From Mustelus asterias (lineage: Eukaryota), in the NCBI RefSeq assembly GCF_964213995.1, contig NC_135809.1, positions 45,694,001 through 45,758,000 on the forward strand: a DNA stretch of 64,000 bases. Reading direction: 5' to 3'. The notes beneath the pieces were generated by a model that saw nothing but the letters and a program-made list of their open reading frames with translations, was not told where the DNA came from and did no database searches. Made by a program: the position numbers and the translations under genes. Shown here piece by piece: positions 13,142 to 24,851 of the stretch; the stretch's first letter is position 1; each line of letters starts with the position of its first letter.

Positions 13142-13729
13142 GAGCTGGATTTTACCAGGCCTCTGCAGATGGGCTGGGAGGCAGGAGGCTTCATACAAAA
13201 GGCATCAGGGATGGGAGCCCCAAGTCTTCTTGTTGTCATGGGATATTCCCAGCGGAAAGAGTGCAAACAGTGCAGCTGCCCACCAAGTGGAGGCAGGCAA
13301 GCAATATCAATTAGCTAATTTGGTTAGCTAAATAAAGGTCACTACCTGCCCCCACAGGCAGGAAAGATCCATGGGATATCATCAGGCAAACTGCGGCAGC
13401 CTTCTAGTGGGTTACAGGATGGGGACTGAGGTGCAGGAGCCTTCCGTTATGACTGCTCCATGTGTGGGGGCTGGAGCTGCAGGTTCATCCCTCCAATCAC
13501 TGGGGCCAGTCCTCCTGAGTCCAGCACACCAAATAAAGCACTGCCTTTTGCTGCCTCCACATGCAAGCACCCTCTGTTATTGGTCGCACTGCCTAGGCTG
13601 CAGGGCAGCTTGGTCCCAATGACAGGGCAACCTGCCATTCAGCCCAATCTCACTCCCCATTGCCTTCAATGGGTGCAAATCCAGCAGTACACTGGATCTG
13701 GCCAGTTCCCGAGGGGCAGGTTAGGATAA
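13142..13729. mobile_element. Old Harbinger-type MITE remnant
   Basis: Starts GAGCTGGATTTTAC, similar to the GGGC(A/G)GAATTTT ends elsewhere; GC-rich body; right end unclear. Confidence 0.4.
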
Positions 13730-13935
13730 AATAAAGCAAAACACTGCAGATGCTAGAAATGTGAAGTAGAACCAAAGAAAAACTCAACAGGTCTGGCAGC
13801 ATCTGTGGAGCGAGAAAAACAGTTAAGGTCTGGATAAAAGTGAAGAGTCATGTTGGGAGTGGAAAGGTTACCTCTTGTTTTTCTCTGCACAGATACTGCC
13901 AGACTTGCTGAATACTTTTTTTATTTTCAGATTAA
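13730..13935. mobile_element. Older copy of the 12006-type palindromic element
   Basis: CAGGTCTGGCAGCATCTGTGGAG ... CACAGATACTGCCAGACTTG inverted arms. Confidence 0.7.
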
Positions 13936-14068
13936 AATGGGCTCCAGTTGCAGGCTGGTTGCCAACTTATTTGAACAGACAGAACTGGATGTTTTCTATT
14001 ATATATAACATGCATTGCAGAGGTGAACTGTGTGTGTGGAGGGGGGGCGGTTGTTTCCAGCCCTTTAC

Positions 14069-14199
14069 CTGTTCCAGGTGGCGTTGGAGCCGGCGCGTCT
14101 CTGCTGGGTCCCCCGCTCCTCCAAGGCTGCCTGCTCGCTCTTGCCCAGGTCGCTGAGGCTGGGTGAACTCATGAACTTCGGTCTGCGGAAATTCCTCAT
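14069..14199 (-). CDS. PRR5: PRR5 (Protor-1) first coding exon
   Basis: Reverse complement reads ACC-ATG then MRNFRRPKFMSSPSLSDLGKSEQAALEERGTQQRRAGSNATWN(S), matching the vertebrate PRR5 N-terminus as I recall it (MRTLRRLKFMSSPSLSDLGK...ERGTQQRR..NATWNS). 131 nt, ends AG|GTAAAG. Confidence 0.95.
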
Positions 14200-14900
14200 G
14201 GTTAGTACAAAAAAAACACCCCCAGCTCAGCAACAGTAAAGAGAGGGAGGCGAGAGATCCCCAGACTGGCCGGGGAGGTTTGCAATTCAGTGTCCACAGT
14301 TAGAGAGTGAACCTCAGCAATCAGCCAGGCGCTGATTAAAGAGCAAACTTCTTGTGAAGTAGCAGCTTTAACACAGGGAACCGTCTCATAACTAACGGTT
14401 CACCTTTCACTAGTTTGTCTCTTTCTAAAGAGGGGTTTAAAACAAAAAGCCGGTTAAACTGCAGGGTGCTGACATTCAGCAGCAGTTCAATGATAGTGAC
14501 ACTGCTCTAACTCTAAGCAGCAAACTCCAGTGACTTCAGGGGAAACAAATCATACACCGAACATCCCACACACTGCCCAGCGGATCTGACGACGAGACTC
14601 CACCCGTGCTGCTTTCTGAAGGATTACTGGGGGGGGAGAGAGTTTGCAATTGGCAGCAAGTTTTATTTTTCAATCTAGAGTAAGGGACTTTGTGAACATT
14701 TCCACTGCAGACAGAAAGTGTGAAATGTAACTGTGTGAATGTTCCTGTTGCAATTTCCACACCCCCCCAAAAAACGAAAGGAAAATCTTTTTTTCCTCTC
14801 TGAGGACACTGCACCTTGTACTGAACACTTTGGTCATCAACTCACTTCCTGCTATGGAACAGATTGATCACACACGGTTTGAGCTAATTGCTAAAAATGC
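14200..14900 (-). promoter_or_regulatory. PRR5: Probable PRR5 proximal 5' UTR / promoter
   Basis: Repeat-free stretch directly upstream of the ATG, with some retained CpG and an ETS-like CACTTCCTG near 14843. The TSS cannot be placed from sequence. Confidence 0.45.
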
Positions 14901-15089
14901 AATTAAAAATAAAGTGTTTCCACTGACCCATCACATTTTTAAGCATTAATTAAAAAAATTAAAAACACACATTTAATGTATTTCAATCTGGAACCTTACA
15001 GTAAGAGCCCCCTGTACATTAATGGAAACAATGATTCAACTTTAGGCACAGGATAGGATAGGATTCAATTAAACTCACTTCCCATTCAA

Positions 15090-15980
15090 CCTTGGCTCAC
15101 TGGTAGCACTTAGTTCTGAGTCCGGAGGTTATGGCTTGATTCCTCAATCCCCATGAACTAGGCTGACATTTCAGTGCAGCACTGCGCTGACAAGCACTAG
15201 CAGGTGTCCATTGAATCTGTACAGTGCAGAAGGAGGCCATTCGGCCCATTGAGTCTGCACCGACTCTGACAGCATCCCACCCAGACTCACCCCATCCCTG
15301 CAACCTCATTTACCATGGCCAATCCACCTAACCTACACATCATTTGAACACTAAGGGACAATTTAACATGGCCAATCCATCTAACCTGCATATCTTTGGA
15401 CTCAGTAAGAAGTCTCACAACACCAGGTTAAAGTTCAACAGGTTTACCGTAAGACCATAAGACATAGGAGCAGAATTAGGCCACTCAGCCCATCGAGTCT
15501 GCTCCGCCATTCAATCATGGCTGATATTTTTCTCATCCCCATTCTCCTGCCTTTTCCCCTAACCCCTGACCCCCTTATTAATCAAGAACCTACCTATCTC
15601 TGTCTTAAAGACACTTCTTCTGCACTGTAAAGATTCTGTGATGTTAAATCAAGGAGCCTGTCTCCCTGCTCAGGTGAATGAGAAAGATCCCATGCTATCA
15701 TTTGGAGTGGAGCAGAGGGATTCTCCCAAGTGTCCTGGCTAAAATTTATCCCTCAGCCAAAACCAACAGAATATCATTTATCTGGTTATTGACGAAATTG
15801 CTATTTGTGGGACCTGTGCAACTGGACTGCCACGTGAGCCAACATTACAAAGAGTGGCCAGTACAGCCATGATGGGCCAAATGGCCCCCTTCTGCGTGGT
15901 GAAGTTCTTCAATTTTGTGACCAAACTTCAAAGAAGTTTTTTGGGATGGCCTGCAATTGAAAAGCACTATATGTACATAT
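15090..15980 (+). mobile_element. Deu-domain SINE split by nested HE1 (-, 15213-15402), a Penelope end (15403-15446) and a CR1 3' end (-, 15450-15613)
   Basis: Head at 15090; Deu core GATCCCATG...GTCCTGGCTAAAATTTATCCCTC at about 15686-15755. The inserts are recognised from other copies in the window. Confidence 0.7.
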
Positions 15981-17049
15981 TTTATTTTAAATTTAATTTG
16001 CTGAGTGCGACAATTAAAGCATGAAATGAGTAAAAGGCCATTCAGTCATTTAGCTTGGTCCTTTTGGAGACTGTCTGGAATTCCTTCTATTCACAATTTT
16101 CCCAGGTAATGTTTTATAAAGATTCCTCCATCCCTTCAAAGTAAATGAACCAAAGCTCCAGACTGTCTATCTAACGACCAGGTGTTAGTCCAGTGGTAGC
16201 ACTCTTACCCAGAGCCAACAAGAATCACTTAAGAGTGTGGAGTTCATTAACTAAGCGGGCACTGCAATGCGGTACTGATGGAGCTTTGCATTGCCTGCCT
16301 AGTTAATGAGCTCAAGGCTCTTTCAGATAAATTACGTCTTCTCACATGGACATAATAGATCCACAGCACTATTTTGAAGACAAACATGTAAATTCTTCCC
16401 TGTGTCCAAGCTCCCTCAGTGAAACGTGATGCTGTCTTCCTGACTGTCACCCGGCTGACTGGATTTGGGAGAAGTGCTGGTGAGTACTAGAGTGAGTTAA
16501 AAGGAGCGCCCCACTGACTGCTGAGAGGAAGTAATCCTGGGCGAGTGAATCAGAGGCAGGCAGCCATGAGCGCGGCGTGAAACTCGTGCAGAATTTTTTC
16601 TTCTTTCAATGTGGCTCAAGACACGGTGATTTTTCTCGCCAAGGTGCCGGTGGGTTTCTCTCCGGTTTCCTCTCTGAACCGACACTTTGAAAAAAAATCA
16701 GAGAATTCCGCCCTAGCCTGTGACAGCCTACGATCATGAATGGTGCAAAACAAATCCTCAATGTTTCAATCTCTGAGCATCGTCATCATCCTTCAATATA
16801 ACAATTCCACATTCCTTAAATCTTGGAATGTATCCTTATACCCTCAATTCTGCTTCCAATCACATATTCACAACTACGATTTCAAAAGTGTCAATCAAAA
16901 TGTTAAACACTTTAGCTGGGAATTCACTACTCAAACAGGAAGATGAAAATCTTTGCATTCTCAAGTAATAGCAAGTTCCCGACCAAAGGATAATAAGAAA
17001 AAAACTAGAAATTACTGTTTGCAATGTCATCAGCAATACCTCTTTGTCA

Positions 17050-17256
17050 TGATGTGGAGGCGCCGGCGTTGGACTGGGGTGGGCACAGTAAGAAGTCTCA
17101 AAACACCAGGTTAAAGTCTAACAGGTTTATTTGGAATCACGAGCTTTCGGAGCGCTGCTCTCCACTCACCTGATGAAGGAGCAGCGCTCCGAAGGCTCGT
17201 GATTCCAAGTAAACCTGTTGGACTTTAACCTGGTGTTGTGAGACTTCTTATTGTGT
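17050..17256. mobile_element. Non-coding mini-Penelope with inverted pLTR halves
   Basis: 10-bp TSD CTCTTTGTCA (17040-17049, 17257-17266); arms CAGTAAGAAGTCTC...GAGACTTCTTA; hammerhead motif at 17167-17201. Confidence 0.85.
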
Positions 17257-17346
17257 CTCTTTGTCAAGATCGATTCTTTCTTGCAAACGGCTGGGTTGAA
17301 GTGAGATGTCAGTGTTGGCTGTGAATTTGCAGATTGCTTATGAGCC

Positions 17347-17503
17347 CTCCAAAGATGTGCAGATTAGGTTGATTGGCCATGCTAAATTGCCCCCAGGGGG
17401 ATGAGCAGGGTGAATGGGTTCCAAGGATATGGCATGGGTGGGATTGTTGTCAGTGCAGACTCGATGGGCTGAATGGCCTCCTTCTGCACTCTAGGGATTC
17501 TAT
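17347..17503 (+). mobile_element. HE1-type SINE 3' half
   Basis: TCCAAAGATGTGC...GCAGACTCGATGGGCTGAATGGCCTCCTTCTGCAC. Confidence 0.85.
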
Positions 17504-18418
17504 TTTAGCCTGGTAGACTCTCCCAGTGAGAACATCAGTTGTCAGCCAGTGGAGGGTGCTGGCTGGAGCAGCTATCCTCTCTTCCTATCTCTTTCACCAT
17601 TCTCACAGTGGCTGCCGTTGTTGATTGGAAGATTTTGCCATCACTTTTGATGATAGATCACCATTTTGGTCACAACTGGGCATCTGATGGTCAGGTGTTG
17701 ATGGTTTTAGAGCAGACCTTCATGGAGACATTGCGATTGTGCTCTCATGTGAGCAGACTCCTTGGTGTAGAGCAGCTGCTTGGGTAGTCCGGAGTTGGTC
17801 GTATGGACAATAAATGCTGACTCACCAGCGACGCCCACGAATGAATAAAAGAAAATGACCCTTTCATCTCAGCTGATGTGAAATTATCTTGCCAAACATA
17901 CCTGTGTTTTGGAGGATGCTTATCAATGTCAGTATTTTGGGATAGTTGGCTTCCCAATATATGAAATGAGGGTCATTTTCCAGCACCTCACCATGAATCT
18001 CAATTGAAGGCATTGGAGTTGATATATTTAGTGTGGATTGGCAGAGAATTTTGGTCTTCCTGGTGTTCAGGGCAAGTCCCATGCTCTTATAAGCTTCAGC
18101 AAATATGTCAACTACTTGTTGCAGTAGTTCTTCTTCCGAGTGAACACTAACCTGTACATTGTCAGTAAATGTAGTTCCATTACAGAAGTGGTCATTGTCT
18201 TGGTTTTGACCCTTGGCTGATGGAGATTGAAGAGGTTACTATCAGTATGATGAGTTGTTACCACATGTGGGGGAGCCCGTCAGTAGTAAGCTGCAGCATT
18301 GTTGTAATTAAGCTTGTGAATAGTGTTGGTGCAATAGTACACTCCTGTTTGACATGTGTTTTGACAGGGAAGTGGTCTGTGGTGGAGCCACTACACAATA
18401 CTGTCATGCATACTGTCA

Positions 18419-19274
18419 CAGTAAGAAGTCTCACAACCCCAGGTTAAAGTCCAACAGGTTTATTTGGTAGCAAATACCATAAGCTTTCGGAGCACTGCTC
18501 CTTCGTCAGATGGAGTGGATATCTGCTCTCAAACAGTGCACAGACACAGAAATCAAGTTACAGAATACTAATTAGAATGCAAATCTCTACAGTCAGCCAG
18601 GTCTTAAAGGTACAGACAATGTGGGTGGCGTTGTCTACCTGATACGCTGCAGGAAAGGATGTCCCGAGGCATGGTACATTGGGGAAACCATGCAGACGCT
18701 ACGACAACGGATGAATGAACACCGCTCGACAATCACCAGGCAAGACTGTTCTCTTCCTGTGGGGGAGCACTTCAGCAGTCACGGGCATTCAGCCTTGGAT
18801 CTTCAGGTAAGCGTTCTCCAAGGCGGCCTTCACGACACATGACAGCGCAGAGTCGCTGAGCAGAAACTGATAGCCAAGTTCCGCACACATGAGGACGGCC
18901 TAAACTGGGATGTTGGATTTATGTCACATTATCAGTAACCCCCACAGCTTTCTCCCTGATCTTGCAGAATCTCACTGGCTGTTCTGTCTGGAGACAATAC
19001 ACATCTCTTTAACCTGTGTTGAATGCTCCCTCCACCCACATTGTCTGTACCTTTAAGACCTGACTGACTGTAGAGATTTGCATTCTAATTAGTATTCTGT
19101 AACTTGATTTCTGTGTCTGTGCACTGTTTGAGAGCAGATATCCACTCCATCTGACGAAGGAGCAGTGCTCCGAAAGCTTATGGTATTTGCTACCAAATAA
19201 ACCTGTTGGACTTTAACCTGGTGTTGTGAGACTTCTTACTGTGTTCACCCCAGTCCAACGCCGGCATCTCCACA
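18419..19274 (+). mobile_element. Penelope-like element: 5'-truncated GIY-YIG endonuclease with inverted pLTR
   Basis: 15-bp TSD TCATGCATACTGTCA; 210-bp inverted arms (18419-18628 / 19032-19241); peptide VVYLIRC..WYIGET..LRQRMNEH..EQKLIAKFRTHEDGLN with one in-frame stop. Confidence 0.92.
19147..19183 (+). ncRNA. Minimal hammerhead ribozyme motif (mirror copy at 18477-18513, minus strand)
   Basis: CCAT-CTGACGA-a-GGAGC agt GCTCC-GAAA-GCTT-ATGG: stem I, CUGANGA core, stem II, GAAA, palindromic stem III. Confidence 0.8.
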
Positions 19275-19359
19275 TCATGCATACTGTCATGCAGGAGATG
19301 GATAATGTTTGTCAAATTAGCTGGGCATACATATCACTGTGGCAACTTTCAAAGGGTAG

Positions 19360-20707
19360 TTTGACTGAGTGGAAGGCTTTTGTGAGATTGAAGAAAGCCA
19401 TGTTTAAGGAAGCATACAATAGGTGTAGGCATCTAAAAACTGACAAAGCTCTTGAGGAGTATAGTGAAAGTAGGAAGGAACTTAAATGTGGAATTATGAG
19501 GGCTAAAAGAGGCCATGAAATGTCTTTAACAAACAGGGTCAAGGAGAATCCCAAGATGTTTTATGCATATATTAGGAGCATAAATACGCTCCGAAGCCTA
19601 GAGAAAGAGTAGGCCCATTCAAGGACAATGGAGGGAAGTTATGTGTGTCCTCACAGGAAGTGAGTGAAATCCTTAATGAGTACTTTGTATCGGTATTCAC
19701 CAAGGAGAAAAACATGATGGATGTTGAGGTCAGGGTTTGGTGTGTGAACACTCTAGTGAATGTCAATATATCAAAGGAGCCAGTGTTGAGTATCGTAAAT
19801 TACATTAAGGTAGACAAATCCTCAGGGCCAGATGGGATCTATCCCAGGTTTCTGCAGGAGAGAAGGGAAGAAATAGCTGAGGCCTTAACTGATATCTTCA
19901 CATCCTCTTTGACCAAATGGCAGATGGAGTTTAATCCAGACAAATGCTAAGTGATACATTTTGGACAATCAAATTTAGGTGTGAATTATACTGTAAATGG
20001 CAAAATCCTCAGTGACACTGACTTACAGAGGGATCTGCGTGTGGGTCCACAGTTCCCTAAAAGTGGCAACATAGGTGGCCAAGGTGATTAAGAAGGCACG
20101 GCATGCTTGCCTTCATCAGCCGGGGCACTGGGTACAAGAATTGGGAAATCATGTTGCAACTATATAAAACCTTGGTTAGGCCGCATTTGGAGTATTGTGT
20201 GCAGTTCTGGTCACCACACTATCAGAAGGACGTGGAAGCTTTGGAGAGAGTGTAAAGAAGGTTCACCGGGATGTTGCCTGGTCTCAAGGAGGTTGGCTAT
20301 GAGGAGAGGTTGAATAACTAGCATTGTTTTCACTGGAAAGAAAGAGGCTGAGTGGAGGCCTGATAGAGGTCTACAAAATTATGAGAGGCATAGACAGGAT
20401 GGATGGCCAGAGGCTTTTCCCAAGGGGGCACAGGTTCAAAGTGAGAGGTGGAAAGTATAAGGGAGATCTGCGGGGGAAGTTTTCCACGCAGAGAGTGGTG
20501 GGTGTCTGGAACGCGTGCCAGAGGGGGTGGTGGAAGCAGGCACTTTAGCAACATTTAAGAGGCATCTGGGTGGGATCGGGAGGGAATAGAGGGATATGGA
20601 CCGAGTAAGGGCAGAAGGTTTTTTTAAAATTTAGTTAGGGCATAATGGATCGGCACAGGCTTGGAGGGTTGAAGGGCCTGTTCCTGTGCTGTACTTTTCT
20701 TTGTCCT
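19360..20707 (+). mobile_element. CR1 LINE ORF2 remnant, internally deleted
   Basis: KENPKMFYAYIRS, LNEYFVSVFTKE, GPDGIYPR, WQMEFNPDKC, FSLERKRL motifs; CR1 3' UTR. Confidence 0.92.
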
Positions 20708-21775
20708 TTATAAAGGGGTGTTCTGCTCTCTGCATTTGCCTGTGGTGTGCAAATCGTGTTGCTAGTTCTGGCAGGTGAGGATTCAACTGAAATTCTAGTA
20801 GGACCTCCTCAGTAATTAGCAAGAGGCAATTAAGAAGTACCCTAACTGAGAGCAGTACTATGCCTTCGTAGTTACTACAGCATGACTTGAAGACTGTGAT
20901 TATCATGATGCCTCTAAGGTCACTTTGAATTTCTTCATTGTGTCTGAGTTTCACACATAGGGCACATATCTGGGAGATTACCATATCGTCTCCTCAGTTC
21001 AGCACTTTTGCAGGGATATTGCCAGGATTAAAAGAGTTTTGTTGTTTTTCATCGGGTTGACAACAGCTATCACTTGGTCAAGCACTGGATCATTATCGAG
21101 CTCACTTTGGATTGTGTTTCTAGGAGGTTTTCCAGCAGGTACACGTCTGTCATAGAGCTCTGACTGAGTAGTTCTACAAAGTGTTCTTTCCAGTGGGCAC
21201 TAGCACTCGCTGTTACTTTGAGGTGAGCCTTACCTTCTCTGGATCTTACCAGTTTTAATCTGTGTGTTGAGGGTCCACAGGTCTCTTTGGTTGCCTTGAA
21301 AAAGGCAGGCGTGTTATATAAGTCAGCAAGGAGTTGAATTTCCTCTGCCCTTTCTGTCCACCATCTGTTCCTCAAATCGTGGGTTCTTCTTTGAACTTCA
21401 GCTTTGGCTGTGTGGTGGGTGAGCTTCTTTTCTGTGGAGTTTGGAGCCTATTGCCAGCTTTGAAATGCTGTAAGTTTAGGATTGATGAGCTTGCATATTT
21501 CTGTATTGCTCTCATCAAATCAGTCTTTCAGTGATATGTCTAAGGATTTCTTAAATCCCAATGCATAGATATAACTTTCATTGTAAAGGTAGGCTTTAAC
21601 TCACTTACAATAAACTAATACCATTACATATCAAAATATGGATATATTATTATAACTTATATATTCATGTATAATGCTGGGATATTATATATTATATGAT
21701 ACTGGGATATTATATGCCAAATGGATGTTGGGAAGATGTTCACAAAGGCACCAATCATAGGAATTCTGCCAATCC

Positions 21776-21985
21776 TCCGGGTGCTCCGGTTTCCTCCCAC
21801 AGTCCAAGGATGTGCAGGCTAGGTTGATTGGCCATTCTAAATTGCCCCTTAGTGTCCCGGGATGCATAGGTTAGAGGGATTAGCGGATAAATATGGGGAT
21901 AGGGCCTGGGTGGGATTGTGGTTGGTGCAGACTCGATGGGCTGAATGGTCTCTTTCTGCATTGTAGGATTCTATGATTTCTATGA
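21776..21985 (+). mobile_element. HE1-type SINE 3' part
   Basis: V-domain to TTCTATGA tail. Confidence 0.88.
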
Positions 21986-22169
21986 TATATATTACACCTG
22001 GTCTAAGGGATAAAACAGGAATTTACGAACTAGTTAGTCTTATCTGAGTTATGAGGAAACCGCAAGAGCCCTTAAAACAAGACTAAATTCAGAAATGCTA
22101 AATAAAGGTGTGAATTCTTAACTGATTTAATTGGATTTTTGAGAAAGTCACAGGATGCATAGATAAAAA

Positions 22170-22501
22170 TAACATAGAATCCTACAGTGCAGAAAGAGGC
22201 CATTCGGCCCAGCGAGTCTGCACCAACCACAATCCCACCCATCCACATATCCCTACATATTTACCCACTAACCCCTCTAACCTATGCATCCCAGGACACT
22301 AAGGGTCAATTTAGCATGGCCAATCAACCTAACCCGCACATCTTTGGACTGTGGGAAGAAACCGGAGCACCCGGAGGAAACCCACGCAGACACGGGGAGA
22401 ATGTGCAAACTCCACACAGACAGCAACCCAAGCAGGGATTCGAACCCAGGTCCCTGGACCTGTGAAGCAGCAGTGCTAACCACTGTGCTACCGTGCCGCC
22501 C
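22170..22501 (-). mobile_element. HE1-type V-SINE, full length
   Basis: Reverse-complement match from head GGGCGGCACGGTAGCACAGTGG to tail. Confidence 0.92.
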
Positions 22502-23184
22502 AACATGGTTTATATAGAATGAAAACTAATGCAAATTACAGTTAAAAGAATGTAGCTGCACAGAAAGGGAACCGAACAGAAACAATGCACGAGGTTACGG
22601 GGATAGGCGGAGGGAAGGGTCTGGGATGTTCTTTCGGAGGGTTGGTGCAGACTTGCCAAATGGCCTCTTTCTGCACTGAAGGGATTCTATGGTTCCCTGG
22701 TCAATTGGGGGGCAAGGTAAATGGCATGCTGGATCTGTCAAAGGAAGGGACCCCAGCATAGGGTACACTGGCTTCACTAAAGTAAATCATCCAGTCATTA
22801 TCCCAATGCTGTCTGTGGGAGTTGGTTGTGTGTAATATGATTGCGGTGTTTCCTACATTACAATAGAGTACACTTCAAAAAGTACTTAACTAGCTATAAA
22901 ATTCTGAGGACATCCTGAGGTTATGGGAAGCGCTGTACAAGTGAAAGTACTTATTTCTTTAATCCCCTACCATACAAGGACTGATAGTCAGTTTTAAATG
23001 CTACAGCCACTTGCTGTGGAAACTATCTATTCCCTTATGAAAGGCTACATGTTAAGGCATGCACCTGTCGTCAGATTATATCAATGGCCTTTGACACCTT
23101 GGTCAGGAAGTGGTCATTATTTTGGAATCCGTTTTCAGATAGTGTTAGTTGGGCCTATAGCATCATAGTAGTTAGGTTTTGTTT

Positions 23185-24365
23185 TATTCATTCACAGGAT
23201 GTGGGCATCGCTGGCTAGGCCAGCATTTATTGCTCATCCCTAATTTCATTTGAGAAAGTGGTGGTGAGCTGCCCTCTTGAACCTTTGCAGTCTATGTGGT
23301 GTAGGTACATGTACAGTGGTAGCAGATTTAGAACAGAGATGAGGAGAAACTACTTCTCTGAAAGCGTGGTGACTCTGGAATTCACTACCCCAGAGTATGG
23401 TGGATGCCGGGACATTGAGTAAATTTAAGGAGGAGATAGACAGATTTTTCATTAGAAATGGGTTGAATGGTTGTGGAGAACGGGCAGGAAAGTGGAGTTG
23501 AGGCCGAGACAAGACCAACCATGATCGTACTGAATTGCAGAGCTGAATTGCCTCCTCCTCCTCTGAGTTCCTATGTTCAGTGCTGTTAGGGAGGCAGTTC
23601 CAGGACTTTGACCAGCGAGAATAAAGGAACAGTGATATATTTCCAAGTTAGGATGGTGGGTGGCTTGGAAGGGAACTTGAGGTTGCGGTGTACCCATACA
23701 TCTGCTACCCTTGTTTTTCTAGGTGCTAGAGGTTTTGGGTTTGGAAGGTGCTGTCGAAGGAGCCTTGGTGAGTTGTTCTACTGCATCTTGTAGATGGTAC
23801 ACACTGCTGCCACTGTGCATCAATGGTGGAGGGAGTGAATGTTTAAGCTGGTGGATGAGATAACAATCAAGCAAGCTGCTTTGTCCTGGATGTTGCTGGA
23901 GCTGCACTCATTCAGGCAAGTGGACAGCTTTCCATCACACTCCAGACTTGTGCCTTGTCGATGGTGTACAGGCTTTGGGGAGTCAGGAAATGAGTTACTC
24001 TCTCCCAGCCTCTGACCCACTTTTTGTGACCACAGTATTTATATGGCTAGTCCAGTTCGGTTTCTGGTCAATTGATGGGGAATCAGCGATGGTAGTGTCA
24101 CTGAATATCAAGGGGGCAATGGTTAGATTCTCTCTTGGTGGAGATAGTTATTTGTGTGGCGCGAATGTAATTTGCCACTTAGCAGCCCAAGAATGGATTC
24201 TGTCCAGGTCTTGCTGCATATGGATAAGAACTGCTTTAGTATCTGAGGAGTCGCGAATGGTGCTGAATATGCAATCATCAGCGAACATCCCCACTTCTGA
24301 CTTTATGGGGGAGAAAAGGTCATTGATGAAGCAGCTGAAGATGGTTGTGCCTAGGACACTATCCT
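23185..24365 (-). mobile_element. Zenon/CR1-like LINE 3' portion with a nested CR1 3' end (+, about 23320-23578)
   Basis: 3' UTR AAGAGGGCAGCTCACCACCAC..GCAATAAATGCTGGCC; RT-region sequence shared with the 28.9-30.1 kb copy. Confidence 0.75.
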
Positions 24366-24565
24366 ATAACTGAACTAATAATCTAGAGACACCAAGGCAG
24401 CTGGGGAATTTCAAATCAATTAGTTAAATAAATTTGGGATAAAGAGCTATTATCAATAATAGTCATCATGAAACTATTTGGTTATCATGTAAAATATCTA
24501 GTTTACTGATGTCCCTTAAGGTATTAAAACATCCCTTATCCAGGGCAATGAGGGATTGCAATAAG

Positions 24566-24851
24566 TGTTGTAAGTGAATAGAAAAACATAGCCACATCCT
24601 CAGGACTTACATGGGGAATCCTTAACTGATCTCCCTGTGTGACTCGTGGAGTAAGAGTTCCCGTGGTAACAGGCGATTGCCTATTTAGTTGGAACTTGTC
24701 CCTGAGCCCTTGATAAGGTAGACCCCTGAGCGGGTCCAGTGATCTATTGTCCTGGATGAGACTCATGTATGTGCACCAGTGGGCTGTGGTTTAAATTTTG
24801 ATTGAAGAATAAAACTTTGTTACTTTCCAGTTGGCTTCTTGAGTTATTACA
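24566..24851 (+). mobile_element. Possible solo LTR
   Basis: TGTTGT...ATTACA termini, AATAAA near the 3' end, imperfect 4-bp flanks TAAG/GAAG. Confidence 0.5.

Larger units (their letters stand above)
17505..21550 (-). mobile_element. Degenerate RTE (BovB-like) LINE, interrupted by Penelope (18419-19274) and CR1 (19360-20707)
   Basis: Minus-strand peptides GLALNTRKTKIL..IHGEVLENDPHFIY (ORF 17864..18082) and WWTERAEEIQLLAD..FFKATKE..WKEHFVELL (ORF 21070..21375) resemble RTE ORF segments. Confidence 0.75.
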
